DNA of 64,000 nucleotides from Octopus vulgaris. Lineage: Eukaryota. The stretch lies in the NCBI GenBank assembly GCA_951406725.2, contig OX597817.1, positions 165,850,001-165,914,000 of the forward strand, given 5' to 3'. The number at the start of each line of letters is the position of its first letter. Position 1 is the stretch's first letter. Position numbers and translations under genes: made by a program. The notes below the pieces were generated by a model, which had not been told where the DNA came from, ran no database searches, and was given only the letters and a program-made list of their open reading frames with translations. This document shows, one piece after another, positions 15,311 to 28,625 of the stretch.

Positions 15311-15561
15311 AAACAAGGTGCTTATGAGAGGCAGAATGAATTAATGTTATACATACGTACATATACATATGTACATGTATGTGTGTGTATGTATGTATAC
15401 GTGTGTGTGTTTATATATGTCTATATATGTGCGTACATATACATTTGACATCAATATATTCATATTAGATGCGAATATATATTTGTCTAATTCTCCTCTG
15501 TCTGTTTGTCTATCTGTCTGTCTCTCAGTCTCTGCCTCTGTCTGTCTGTCTGTCTCTGCCT

Positions 15562-15652
<91 letters not shown>

Positions 15653-15976
15653 CATATATGTGTGTATGCATATATTTATATATATATATATAGTGGGAAA
15701 AAAGTTAAAATTTTGGAAAAAATCTCTTTATTTCTTCATTATTATACGCGGTTTCGTATCTTTCTCAAACTTGTCAAATAAAATTTTGTGAATGTAGAAA
15801 CATCTTGTTCATTTATATAAAACATGTTTTTTAGGAGGTTTTGTTTAGAAGAGAACATTGCTGTTTTTTGGGGGTGGGGTGGGAGAGGTTCCATTATGAA
15901 GAATAAAAAAGAATTTTTTCCAAAATTCTTTCTTTATTCAATTTCTGTACATCACACCTAACACTCCATGTGTTTG

Positions 15977-16034
<58 letters not shown>

Positions 16035-16568
16035 AACAGACAGAGACAGAGAGGGGGAGAGCGAGAGAGAGAGATACTCTTTAGTATATGACAATCAGTA
16101 CTAAAATTACAGATGTAATACTATCCTGACTTGCGCTTTCATGATAACGAAGATATACAACAAAAGTATTAAGTGACTAATACGTCCACTTGTCGGTGAA
16201 CAGCAGTGCCTTGACGAAGAATATAACCTGAAAACCACAACTGCTCTATCATATGTGCCACACGTTCGGTGCTCTAACGAATGAAGAAATCAGAGAAGTG
16301 ACATTATTTCATTGATTCAAGAGCAGATGAGGACATGATTACCACAACAAAAGATCTTGTCATCTGTCTGTGGTTCATTGAAGTCCGTGGTTCATTGAAG
16401 TCTGTGGTTCATTGAAGTTAGGAAGAGAATGTGCCTAGTCATATTTCATAATCTTACAACGCCTGTAGTAAAGCAACGCCCCAGTGACCCACACATGTAG
16501 TATGGCACTCATACCAATTGTGTGTGATTTAGCTCAATTGGCAAGAAGTAAAAAAAAAACACGTAAAT

Positions 16569-16796
16569 ATATCTCTTTACTGCCCACAAGGGGCTAAACA
16601 TAGAGGGGACAAACAAGGACAGACAAAGGGATTAAGTCGATTACATCGACACCAGTACGAAACTGGTACTTTATTTATCGACCCCGAAAGAATGAAAGGC
16701 AAAGTCGACCTCGGCGGAATTTGAACTCAGAACGTAGCGGCAGACGAAATACTGCTAAGGATTTCACCCGGCTTGCTAACGCTTCTGCCAGCTCGC
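16569..16796 (-). mobile_element. SINE family A, full length
   Basis: Reverse complement of the 17959-18190 copy. Confidence 0.9.
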
Positions 16797-16954
16797 AAGG
16801 AAGCATGTTGATCAGATACCACAAACGCCGCTAGTCTGATCCTACATTGTGGATTGGGAAACACGTAAATTTCCGTATAAATGACAATTCAAAAGTGTGA
16901 GTGTGTGTGATTCTAGAAATCAACTTTCTTGAGTTCCTTGAGTTCTATATCCAC

Positions 16955-16989
<35 letters not shown>

Positions 16990-17004
16990 TACACACGCAG
17001 ATAT

Positions 17005-17160
17005 ATATATTTCTTTACTACCCACAAGGGGCTAAACACAGAGGGGACAAACAAAGACAGACAAACAGATTAAATCGATTACATCTACCCCAGTGCGTAA
17101 CTGGTACTTAATTTATCGACCCCGAAAGGATGAAAGGCAAAGTCGACCTCGGCGGAATTT
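17005..17160 (-). mobile_element. SINE family A 3' portion joined to a U6 retrocopy
   Basis: Body and tail of SINE A, broken at GGAATTT inside the B box. Confidence 0.88.
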
Positions 17161-17167
17161 TTTTTTA

Positions 17168-17214
17168 TATATGGAACGCTTCATGAATTCGCATGTCATC
17201 CTTGCGTAGGGGCC

Positions 17215-17247
<33 letters not shown>

Positions 17248-17271
17248 AATATGTACCGCCGTAGCTAGTGC
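17168..17271 (-). pseudogene. U6: U6 snRNA retrocopy, full length
   Basis: Minus strand GCACTAGCTACGGCGGTACATATTCTAAAATTGGAACGATACAGAGAAGATTAGCATGGCCCCTACGCAAGGATGACATGCGAATTCATGAAGCGTTCCATAT; ACAGAGA box and AGC triad intact, CpG-type decay, oligo-T terminator replaced by an A run. Confidence 0.95.
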
Positions 17272-17342
17272 AATCGGTCAGAGCTCACCTGGGTTTTAAA
17301 CAACAAAAACAACAACTACTACTACTACTACTACTACTACTG

Positions 17343-17408
<66 letters not shown>

Positions 17409-17423
17409 AAAGAGCGTCTAGGA

Positions 17424-17760
17424 CAGTGGTTCTCAACTGCGGTCCATATGGCCCCTGAAGGTCCATATAAAGCTTGGGGGGCGGGGGCCCAAAACAAAAT
17501 AGTACATTGGAAATCCACAGTAGTATTTTAAGGGACCCTGAAAAAATTTTGCTTTAGATGTATGTATTGGTATGTATTGCAAGAAACGGGTTTCATTAAA
17601 ATTTTACAGGGTTCAACCTACACTGGGTGAATAACAAAATAGGAATGTTGAAAGAAGTTTCTATGAACCTAGTTTTTAAACATCTAATGACTATAAGTGT
17701 CCACCAGAATAAAATAGCAATCAAAGGGGTCCGAAGGTAAAAATCTGTTGTCTATCTCTG
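17424..17760 (+). mobile_element. hAT (Charlie-like) MITE
   Basis: Left TIR cagtggttctcaac, right end degenerate; 8-bp flanks gtctagga/ctccagga; reverse-complement homolog at 27331-27661. Confidence 0.75.
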
Positions 17761-17958
17761 CTCCAGGAAGTTTGTCTTCTGAGCCTCCAGTTTGGTGGGA
17801 AGGAGAAAGGTATCTTCAGACTTGAGACCTGGTTCGAAATCTTGCAACAGAGTTGTCTCCGCTTAGAGTTCAAGAAGGTGATGTTAAATTGGATAATAGA
17901 TTAAGTCTACCACCCATGTGTGTGACTGTTGTGTGTGCATATATGTACACACACATAA

Positions 17959-18190
17959 GGCGGCGAGCTGGCAGAAACGTTAGCACGTCGGGCGAAGTGC
18001 TAAGCGGTATTTCGTCGTCTGTCGATACGTTCTGAGTTCAAATTCCGCCGAGGTCGACTTTGCCTTTTATCCTTTCGGGGTCGATTAAATAAGTACCAGT
18101 TACGCACTGGGGTCGATGTAATCGACTTAATCCGTTCGTCTGTCCTTGTTTGTCCCCTCTATGTTTAGCCCCTTCAGGGCAATAAAGAAA
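17959..18190 (+). mobile_element. SINE family A, full length (reference copy) with TSD
   Basis: tRNA-like head ggcggcgagctggcagaaacgttagc, B box gagttcaaattcc, central gccttttatcctttcggggtcga (Meta-like from memory), tail aataaagaaa; TSD tatatgtacac(a/g)cacataa. Confidence 0.93.
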
Positions 18191-18680
18191 TATATATGTA
18201 CACGCACATAAATACACGCGTGTGTATTGGATAAAAAGAAAGGAGTTAGAAAATCTTACAAATGCCATGCCGACACATAGTTTTTTTTCTAATTTTGAAT
18301 AATTTTGAAAATTTATCAAATTACATCCTATAGAAATAAAGGGAAATATAGAACGAGGTCGTTGATGTAAAATAAATGAATAAATGAACAAATACGGAAG
18401 AGAAATGATGGATACGGTTTGAAAGCAATCATCATAGGTCTGCTAAATTCAATTACGTCTGACTTGATACTAAACAAGAAAACTATAATAAATGATGTGA
18501 AGCAAGCAAGAATCGTTAAACTCGGTTATGTTCAGCTTTGAATTATAGAGAAATAATATAAAGCGACAAAGACAATAAAAAGAAGCAAGGCTGACGGTGA
18601 AAGTTGGTCGACACTGAACTAGTGTGTGTGTGTGTGTGTGTCTGAGATTTATACATGCATATAATCATTCACGCACTTAC

Positions 18681-18719
<39 letters not shown>

Positions 18720-18744
18720 TACACACATACATATACATTATTTT

Positions 18745-19003
18745 ATTTCATTTCTTTCAGACATTTGACTGGGTCCATGCTGGAGCATCGCCTTGAAGTG
18801 CTTCGTCGAACAATTTGATCTCAGGACTTATTTTTTAAAAAAATCCTAATACTTATTGTATCGGTCTCTTTGCTGACCCCACTAGGTTTCGAAGACGCAA
18901 GCACACCAACACCGGCTGTCAAGCGATGATTGGGGGACAAACACAGACAAAAGCATACACATACACACACGCGCACACATACAGATACACACACACACGC
19001 ACA

Positions 19004-19061
<58 letters not shown>

Positions 19062-19225
19062 CGACAGGCTTCTTTCAGCTTCCTTCTATCAAATCCACTC
19101 ACAAAGCTTTAGTCGACCCAAGGCTATGATAAAAGACACTTGCTCAAGGTACCAACGCAATGGGACTGAATCGAGAACCAAGTAGTTACTGCCTTACAGC
19201 ACCAATTTCAAGCCACGCCTGGGCC
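18745..19225 (-). mobile_element. SINE family B, diverged
   Basis: Homology to the reference copy across head, CA tract and tail. Confidence 0.8.
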
Positions 19226-19600
19226 TATAATAAAAAATTACCTAAGAGATATAAATCAGAATGATCAAAAGAACAAATGCAGCTATTCTAATACCATACA
19301 AGATACATTCTTGATTTATTAAAACTATCTCCGCTTCTGGAAGGTATATCATAATTACCAAATGGTAATTAAGAAAACTCCATATGAAGAAGGGAGGACA
19401 ATCTGAAAGACGAATTTCTCAAAACTTGACATGTCATTAAGGAAAACGACATGTTTTTGTCTGCAAATAAGCAAACTGTTACGACCCCTTGTTTCTACCT
19501 CAACAGACGTCATCAGCACGATATTTGTCGTAAACTGTCTAGAAGCCAGTTCCTTTGTTCTTGTTCTATTTTTATTTTTCCTCATTGTTCTATCATTTAC

Positions 19601-19633
<33 letters not shown>

Positions 19634-19656
19634 CGCAATTATGTAGACAGACAGGC

Positions 19657-19711
<55 letters not shown>

Positions 19712-20282
19712 GGGGGAGACAGATACAGATATATATGCATAGATACATGGAAACAAACATATTCATGCACGTCTATATATATATATATATAGTCATATAC
19801 ACATATGTATGTATTTATGTATGTACGTTTGTGTATGTATGTATGCATGCATGTATGTGTGTAAGTATGAATGTGCGTGTGTGTTTGTGTGTGTCTGTGT
19901 GTGTGTGATATTCGCTTGCCTAATCACACCTACACGCTTTTGAAGCAAAAAACATTCGTATGTATTTACTCTGCCCACCCATCAAAAGCTAGACACCACC
20001 CAGCCTCCTTCCTACTCATACATCCCACCCATTCCTCTTCACTCTCTCTGTCTTTCTTTCTTTCCTTCTTTCTCTGCCACTCTCTCTCCCTCTCTCTCTC
20101 TCTCTCTCACTCAACCCAATCCCTCTGTCTCTCATTCATTCGCATAGTCTTTCTTCATCAGTTGTTATTTCGCTTAACACGCCCAGATCTATAAAACGTA
20201 ACACAAGCACGCGTCCTTAATGTCTTTAAACTACCGGCCGCCGTCATGAAAAAAAAGCAAAACATTTTCATATGCATAAATA

Positions 20283-20670
20283 GATGGAAGCACTCCGTCG
20301 GTTACGACGACGGGGGTTCCGGTTGATCCGAATCAACGGAACAGCCTGCTCGTGAAATTAACGTGTAAGTGGCTGAGCACTCCACAGACACGTGTACCCT
20401 TAACGTAGTTCTCGGGGATATTCAGCGTGACACAGAGAGTGACAAGGCCGGCCCTTTGAAAATACAGGTACAACAGAAACAGGAAGTAAGAGTGAGAGAA
20501 AGTTGTGGTGAAAGAGTACAGCAGGGATCACCACCATCCCCTGCCAGAGCCTCGTGGAGCTTTAGGTGTTTTCGCTCAATAAACACTCTCAACGCCCGGT
20601 CTGGGAATCGAAACCGCGATCCTATGACCGCGAGTCCGCTACCCTAACCACTGGGCCATTGCGCCTCCAC
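20283..20670 (-). mobile_element. SINE family C, full length with TSD
   Basis: Minus-strand head ggaggcgcaatggcccagtggttagg...ggtttcgattccc; tail gtcgtcgtaaccgacggagtgc; 11-bp TSD atgcataaata. Confidence 0.9.
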
Positions 20671-20859
20671 ATGCATAAATACCCTGAGCAGAATCATTAA
20701 TATGCATGCATTGTAGACCGCTCTCTCTCTCTCTCTCACTCGCACACGCATACACACACAAACGTGCCCACTCCCACACGCACACGCACGCATGCATGCA
20801 CAGGCGTACACATAAACACACATACGCATATCAATATATTGTATATATTGATATATACA

Positions 20860-21232
20860 GGCGCAGGAGTGGCTGTGTGGTAAGTAGCTTGTTTACCAAC
20901 CACATGGTTCTGGGTTCAGTCCTATTGCGTGGTACCTTGGGCAAGTGTCTTCTACTATAGCCTTGTGAGTGGATTTGGTAGACGGAAACTGAAAGAAGCC
21001 CGTCGTATATATGTATATATATATATATATATATGCGTGTGTGTGTTTGTGTGTCTGTGTTTTTGCTTGACAACCGATGCTGGTGTATTTATGTCCCCGT
21101 TACTTAGAGGCCGATAGAATAAGTACTGGGCTTACAAAAGAATAAGTCCTGGGGTCGAGTTGCACGATTAAAGGCGGTGCTCCAGCATGACCGCAGTCAA
21201 ATGACTGAAACAAGTAAAAGAGTAAAAGAGTA
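20860..21232 (+). mobile_element. SINE family B
   Basis: Near full length with three short deletions. Confidence 0.88.
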
Positions 21233-21574
21233 TATGATATATACATAAATATATGATAGACTTACACGAGTATATGTATGTATGTGTGAATTATGTATGC
21301 ATGGATACACACATATGTATATATAGAGGTAGATAGCTAGACTGGTAAATATTAATCTAAGTAGAGTGTGTGTGTGTGTTTATATTTAAAGTGACTAACA
21401 GCATGACCAAACAGTGAAAAGATTCTTTTCACAACCACGAGGTTTCGGGTTCGATCTTACTACATGGAATATTAGACAAGTGTCATTTACCTAAAATGTA
21501 AGTTGGGCTAGCTGTTATGTATATATATTAATGAATGTATGTATGCGTGTGTGTGTGCGGGTGTGTGTGTATAG

Positions 21575-21770
21575 ATGGAATTTACAAAAAAAGAACAAAA
21601 GACGAAGACAGGTGTGTAAACAACAAACAAGTGTATTAGTTTAATGCTCTAGAAGGTGAGAAAGTCTTTTATATTTCGAGCTTACGCTCCTCAACGAAAA
21701 GGAACACGAGAAGATAAACAGAGAGAGAATAAAAAGTCTTTAGTGGTTTGCGGCTGATCATGGCGATGAA
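21575..21770 (-). mobile_element. Penelope-like terminal-repeat fragment with degenerate hammerhead-like core
   Basis: Homologous to 42820-43080 and 48650-48822; minus strand TTGAGGA-Gcgtaagct-C-GAAA-tata. Confidence 0.5.
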
Positions 21771-21773
21771 AGA

Positions 21774-21811
<38 letters not shown>

Positions 21812-21814
<3 letters not shown>

Positions 21815-21951
21815 TTATCGCCATACTAATATGGCATTCTTATAAAAATAAGAATAAAGCTGACCGCTTATTAGCTCCATGAGGCCATCGCCTTAAGTTA
21901 GCTATTTGATACACAAACTGTATCCATATAACCTTTGAACAAGGGAGGTCA
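21812..21951. other. Unassigned structured repeat, copy 1
   Basis: Three-hairpin layout shared with 47701-47940 and 63652-63790. Confidence 0.65.
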
Positions 21952-22035
21952 GTCGCTCCACACTACTTGGCCGGCAGCTACAGACGCGTTTTAGAGAGAC
22001 TTAGTAATTTGAATATTTCTATTATATATATACTA

Positions 22036-22125
<90 letters not shown>

Positions 22126-22299
22126 TATATATTGTAAATATACAACTTTGCTTACATATCCACGTTTTAACATACATCTCTTTTCATACCCCACCCTCTA
22201 TCCAAAGTAGCATAATAGTAGGAAAATAGACGCCTGCGCATACTGACATAAGAATATATATAATCTACATACACAATCGTATGTTCGTATATTTCCACT

Positions 22300-22455
22300 C
22301 CTGGCTGTGTTGTAAGAAGCTTGCTTCCCAGCCGTATAGTTCCGGGTTAGTGTTACACTGGGGTAGCACCTCTTGCAAGTGTCTTCTACTCTAGCCTAAG
22401 GCCGACAAAAGCCTTGTGAGTGGATTTGATAGAGGGAAACTGAAAGAAACCCGTC

Positions 22456-22495
<40 letters not shown>

Positions 22496-22620
22496 CAAAT
22501 GGCAGTTGCTAAAAAGCATTCGTGAAGTAAAACCATGTAGCAACACCAAATGGCGGTGCCCCAGCATGGCCACAGCTCGTGAGCTGAAACTAGAATCAAT
22601 CAATCAATCAATCATATATA

Positions 22621-22700
<80 letters not shown>

Positions 22701-22900
22701 TGTATCTGTGTTTGTCCCTCCGCCAACGCTTGACAACCGATTTTGGTGTATTTCCGTCTCTGTAACGCAGCAGTTAGGCAAAAAAAGATCGCTAGAATAA
22801 GTTCCAGACTTGCAGCAAAGAATAAGTCCAAAGGTCGACTGTTCCATCTAAAAGCCGTTGCTCCAGCATGGACACAAAATGAGTGAAACAAGTAAAAGAA
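22300..22900 (+). mobile_element. SINE family B, diverged, with a LINE-type 3' end (about 22492-22612) in its microsatellite
   Basis: Both SINE halves recognisable; insert ends ggtgccccagcatggccacagctcgtgagctgaaactag(aatc)n. Confidence 0.72.
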
Positions 22901-23094
22901 TAAATTAAAAGAAAACATTCAAGTATGCTAGGACAAAACGAAGCTAATGTACGAAATACATTCCTGTATCCATCAGGAGGGAAGGAGGAGGAGGGGAGGC
23001 GATGGAGGAGGAAGAGGATAATCCTTTCTGCCAAAGGCACAAGGCCTGAAATTTTGGAGGAGGAGATAAGTCGATTATACCGAGAGAATCATTA

Positions 23095-23287
23095 TCACAA
23101 CGGGCAAAATGCTTAGCGGTATTTCGCCCATAGCTACGTTCTGAGTTCAAATTCCGCTGAGGTTGATTTTGCCTTTCATCCTTCTGGGGTCGATGAATTA
23201 AGTACCAGTTGCGTGCTGAGTTCGATCTAATCAACTGGCCTCCAACGCCAAAATTTCGGGCCTTGTGCCTATAGTAGAAAGGATTAT
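23095..23287 (+). mobile_element. SINE family A variant with alternative tail
   Basis: A-type body, but tail ggccttgtgcctatagtagaaagg followed by (AAT)n. Confidence 0.8.
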
Positions 23288-23289
23288 TA

Positions 23290-23353
<64 letters not shown>

Positions 23354-23367
23354 CATTATTATTATTA

Positions 23368-23728
23368 CTATTTGTTTTGACCCATGTTCAGTCGTATTCC
23401 TGATAGGATTTATGTGGGTAGCGGGTTACCTATAAACTTAGATATCCTCAAGCTTTCAGTAGTCTTTCAAGTGGATGGAACCCTCCTGGTAATCCTTACT
23501 GTCTCTAAGAGACAAACTTTCTGTAGAAGCTCTACAGGATATTCTATTCCAATCGCCTCCAGACATTTGTCTATATATTTGCATACTGATCGCAACGCAC
23601 CAATTATTATATGCACGGGCCTTTACAGTTCTCTTACTCCAAATTCTTCCTATTTCAAATTTTAAGGGATTGTATTCCTTTTTACCTCTTTCTTTTCGAT
23701 CCTAGAATCAAACGGGCATAAAGGGTCG
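23368..23728 (-). mobile_element. R4/Dong-like RLE retrotransposon 3' fragment
   Basis: Minus-strand translation CPFDSRIEKKE...YNPLKFEIGRIW...IIIGAL...VELLQKVCLLETVRITRRVPST*, then 3'UTR and TAA tail. Confidence 0.8.
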
Positions 23729-23737
23729 TTAGCATTA

Positions 23738-23911
23738 TTACTATTTTGGTTTGGCTCAGGCTTGGCCTTACTCCTGGTAAGAATTATGCGGATAGCAGGT
23801 TACTAGCTGCAACTCTAGGTACCCACAAGTTTTCAGCTATCTTTCAAGTGCTTAGAACCCTCTTTATAATCCTTGCTGTCCCATAAACCTTCTGTAACAC
23901 TACCGGGCATT

Positions 23912-23912
<1 letters not shown>
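23738..23912 (-). mobile_element. R4/Dong-like 3' end, second copy
   Basis: ECPVVLQKVYGTARIIKRVLST* plus 3'UTR homologous to the adjacent copy. Confidence 0.75.
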
Positions 23913-24298
<386 letters not shown>

Positions 24299-24311
24299 TT
24301 GTTATTATTAC

Positions 24312-24722
24312 CATTCAGTCATTCAATAGCCATATTTCAAAAATCGTGTTTTCGCGCCACTACCGAGCTTGCTTCTGCGCACCTTGAATGTGAGCGGTGG
24401 TGTTTTCTTTTGGTTTCGTATTTTCCATTGTATCGTAAGCACTCAATGCGTAGTGCAGTTCTGTGCTATTTTCTGAATGTTGTGCATATTTGCCTGTCAG
24501 TCCTGGGATTTTGATTATGTATTTGACTGCATGTTGTTTTTTTTTTGTTTTTTTATCATTCCCAAGGCACCGATTAATTTAGGAATGTGCCTGTTTTCAG
24601 TCCCTTCATTCTGGTTATCTCTATTTCCAGATCTTTATATTTAGCTAATTTCACCATTCCTTTGAGAGACACATTATCATCTGTTGGAACTTTTGCTTCG
24701 ATTAGGAGGCATTTTGTTCTCT
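24312..24722 (-). mobile_element. R4/Dong-like RLE 3' fragment, third copy
   Basis: KCLLIEAKVPTDDNVSLKGMVKLAKYKDLEIEITRM; homologous to 38098-38754. Confidence 0.82.
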
Positions 24723-26124
24723 AGTTATTATTTTTATTTTTATTTTATCGTCGTTTTTCTTTTTATTTATTTCATTATTACTAAAATAATGCATATTGTG
24801 TATTGTATGTACACGCACATGAAATGAATTGCTGTCAATGAATAGCACTAATTTAAATTACATTAAAACTCACCCCATCACCAGAATGAAATATTTATAC
24901 GAATTTAGTTCCTCCGAACGCTAAAATATTATTTCTTCCCGAGAATGAATGTCAAAATAATGTGATATTTCGTATACATTCGCTGACACCACTTTGCTTC
25001 ACTTATATATACATACCATGCAAAATACTTATTGATCAGCAAACCCCGGAAACAGCTGTAAAGAATGGCGCATATTTTCCTCTCTCTAATTTGTGAGGTT
25101 CGAACATGAGCTCTTCCTATGAGAATTACTACGAAGGACTCTTTCGATCCTCATATATTTTATCTGCGATATTAGAATATGACTGGTACCTTTCCTACAG
25201 TCCACTCTCGTTTGCCTAGATTCCATCATCCTTCGTCTGACACTGGCTTTCAGGTGTATATTGTCCGGTGTGAGCGTTAATTGTCTTTATCTATTATATA
25301 CTTATTTGACGCATTCTTACTTATTACACACACACATATGTATATATATATGTATGTAAGTATGTATATACATACATACATACATATATACATACATACT
25401 ACATACATAAGTACATAGATAGATACGTACATCTGTCTTAATGATGTATTTATAAAATAAATATGTGCAGAAACGTACTAAAACACATATATGAATTTGT
25501 ATGTGTATATGTATGTGCGTATAAAACAGGAGTGATTGTTCATAAATTAGTTATTATTTCGTTAGTAATAATAATGATGATAATGAGTTGTATATGGAAG
25601 ACTTTACAGGAAGTTTTAAAAGCTGGTTACGTCACATAGAGATTAAATCTAAATTGTGTAATTATGCATGCACCCTAAATCGGATATATTGAAACAGATC
25701 TTCAACATGATTACGTCCTTCATGAGCTCAGGAATGGCGGTGAAAAGATTCCAACAAATCACTTGATAGGGAAACTTACCAAAACGGTTATTTATAGAAA
25801 AAAATATTTAAATGAGTCAAATAGTTATGAGTCAACTAGTTGGCTAATAATAGTGGTTCAATTATTTTAATCAATAGATAAAAAAATGTAATATAATTAA
25901 TAATAATTAATAGGAAAAATCCCGGCAAATTTGAGCTTGCTTAGTTGGATGATAAGAAGTGAAATAGAACCAGTGCGAGTCCTTTTTATTGGCAAAATGA
26001 ACCTATCAAAATAAAAAAAACAATTGTAAAGCATCTGCTTCAGCATGTGTTCCAGTAACGCGATTTAACACTAAGAAACTTGTAAAGCAGATACAAATTG
26101 AAAATATATACATATATATATATA

Positions 26125-26771
26125 TATTCTTGTATTTGTTTCAGTCATTTGACTGCAGCCATGCTGGAGCAACGCCTTTGGTCGAACAAACCGACCCCAT
26201 GGCTTATTCCTTGTTAGCCTAGTATTTATTGTATCGGTTTCTTTTGCTGAACCGGTTGTCAAGCGATCGTGGGGGCGACAAACCCATACGCAAAAACATA
26301 TATATATATTTATAAATCCTTAAATCCTTAAAAATGTTTCAGCCCGAAGGCCACGGCCATGCTGGGGCACCATCCCTGAATGTGCTACACTAATTTGTGA
26401 ATCCACCTCTGATACGTGGCACTTGATCAACAAGGGAGTTCGATGCCGCTGCCCGCATCCGCGTCTCCTGTCGTGACGTAGGTTCATCTGGGACTCCCGA
26501 CAAGTAGAGATCCAGTTTAGTTTTAAAGAAACCCACATCCACACCATGTAAGTCTCTCAGGCATTTAGGGAGGATGTTAAAGAGCTGTGGTCCTCTGAAA
26601 CCCAAGCTGTTGCAGTATCTGGACCTGTATTTTGATGGTGATGTTGGAATCAGTTTAAATTATTTTAATAATTTTTTAATTTTTAACTTTTATATTTTTA
26701 AATTAATTTTATGTATTGGCTTATGTTTTTCACTGTTTGATTTGTCTAATAGTGGTTTTATCTCTAATTTA

Positions 26772-26802
<31 letters not shown>

Positions 26803-26962
26803 CGACGGGCTACTTTCAGTTTCCGTTTACCAAATCCACTAAAGAGGATTTAGTCGGCCTGAGGCTATAGTAGAAGATACTTGCCCAGGCTGCCACGCAG
26901 TGGGACTGAACCCGGATCCATGTGGCTGGTAAGCGAGCTACTTACCACACAGCCACTCCTGT
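26125..26962 (-). mobile_element. SINE family B split by insertion (3' half about 26125-26300, 5' half about 26803-26962)
   Basis: Two collinear halves flank a LINE fragment and an AT-rich tract. Confidence 0.75.
26314..26650 (-). mobile_element. CR1/L2-group LINE 3' fragment
   Basis: YRSRYCNSLGFRGPQLFNILPKCLRDLHGVDVGFFKTKLDLYLSGVPDEP...SNSLVDQ, then short 3'UTR and (TTTAAGGA)n tail. Confidence 0.82.
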
Positions 26963-26969
26963 ACATAGT

Positions 26970-27076
<107 letters not shown>

Positions 27077-27111
27077 ATGTATGTGTGTGTGTATGTGTGT
27101 ATGTATGTATG

Positions 27112-27165
<54 letters not shown>

Positions 27166-27330
27166 AACATATATATATATATATATATATATTACATACA
27201 TATAAGAGGGATGACCACTAAGTGAACATCCACTATGCTAGATGTAGACCCCATATGGTCTGACCACTAAGAAAAGAGAAGGATATATATAGGGAAAGGA
27301 GTGTGGTCAAGGTAATTTTCATAATTAAAC

Positions 27331-27661
27331 CAAGGGTTCTCAACCATTTTTTCATCTTTGATTTCTATTTTATTCTGGTGGATCACCAAAGCCATTCGAT
27401 GACTACAAACTAGTTTTATGGAAACTTCTATTAAAATTCCTATTTTGTTTCTCATACATTAACTTACTAGGTTGAACTGCGTAAAATCTGAGAGAAAGAA
27501 ACTTAGCAGTTTCTTGCAATACATATTAATGCATACATCTAAAGCAAAATTTTTCAGGGACCCTTAAAATACTATTGTGGGTCCCCAATTTACTATTTTG
27601 TTGCCTGGATCGCCAAAAATCTTATATAGAGCCTTGGAGATCATATGGTTGAGAACTGCTG
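27331..27661 (-). mobile_element. hAT (Charlie-like) MITE
   Basis: 15-bp TIRs caagggttctcaacc / ggttgagaactgctg; homolog of 17424-17760. Confidence 0.8.
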
Positions 27662-27714
27662 ATTTAAAAAAAAAAATAAGCTAAGAAAAATAACTGTACA
27701 ATCAGTTGTATGTA

Positions 27715-28101
27715 TCTCTCTATATATAAACGGCAGTTTGTCTGTCTGCGTGTCTGTGTGTCTATTAGGTTGTACCCTCACCCTGACCACGGCTTTCAAC
27801 CGATTCTGATGAAACTTGACACACACATAGCCCAATGTCATAATTCAAAACTAACGCAGCGAAAATTTTAAAAAGTTCGCCCAGTTCTGAAAAAAAAATC
27901 GAAAAATTCGACATGGGGTCGAGAATCAGAAACACAAACCACAGACTGTCTAGGGGACGCAACTCGACCTTTTTAACTCTCAAAAAAATTTACCATCATT
28001 TTTTTTCCCCTTTTTTTTCCTATTTTTTGGCTATAACTCTCTAAAAATGCTTTATAGTTATTTCCCTTACAAACCTGAGCAACGCCGGGCGATACTGCTA
28101 G
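27715..28101 (+). mobile_element. Non-autonomous Helitron
   Basis: 5' TC terminus (tctctctatatataaa), GTCT tract, subterminal hairpin cctgagcaacgccggg, 3' CTAG, inserted between A and T with no TSD. Confidence 0.88.
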
Positions 28102-28568
28102 TTTGAACATAAAACTCGAATAAAAACATACGTAATGGCAACCTCTTCTGTGGCTAAAACAGGAGTCCCTAGCTGTAGTGTTGTTTCCAAACAATGTAAT
28201 TACTCTTTCTTTAAAAGTATGGAGAATTGGAGGATTATTGATTCTTAACATTATCAACCACCCTCCTCGTTTGGAGTTGGTTCCAACTGCAACCGAGCGA
28301 TTTGTTTTATCTTCCCTGGAAGTAATATATCAACAACGTATTTTGTATGGTACTTGATATATTTGTATTCGTCTTCCTTGTTCAGATTCGTGCCACTAAT
28401 TACACTGGTTTGCTTCTGCTAAATCATTTCCGTTGATGCACATATAGGTTATATCTATATTCAATCTTCTATATTACGTACACTGGTGCTTACCTGCACA
28501 TTTATATCATATCAGTATACACACACCCCAAGCACGTGCCCGCCCGCACGCACACACACGCATACACA

Positions 28569-28625
<57 letters not shown>

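Noticed and set aside
16366-16418. 17-bp unit repeated three times
   Set aside because: Simple local slippage without spacers; not CRISPR-like
17272-17310. TTTAAAA about 23-29 nt upstream of U6 as a TATA box, implying a functional gene
   Set aside because: The PSE position is occupied by (GTA)n, there is no oligo-T terminator, and the flank resembles another repeat end near 9630
17959-18050. tRNA gene calls for SINE heads
   Set aside because: A/B boxes are present but there is no complete cloverleaf, and the heads continue into SINE bodies with TSDs
20185-20260. TATAAAA followed by gccgccgtcATG
   Set aside because: The ATG leads to only a short frame that runs into a SINE; likely chance
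27795-27820. CTGATGAAAC in the Helitron
   Set aside because: No stem II between the core boxes; it is an ordinary Helitron-internal motif
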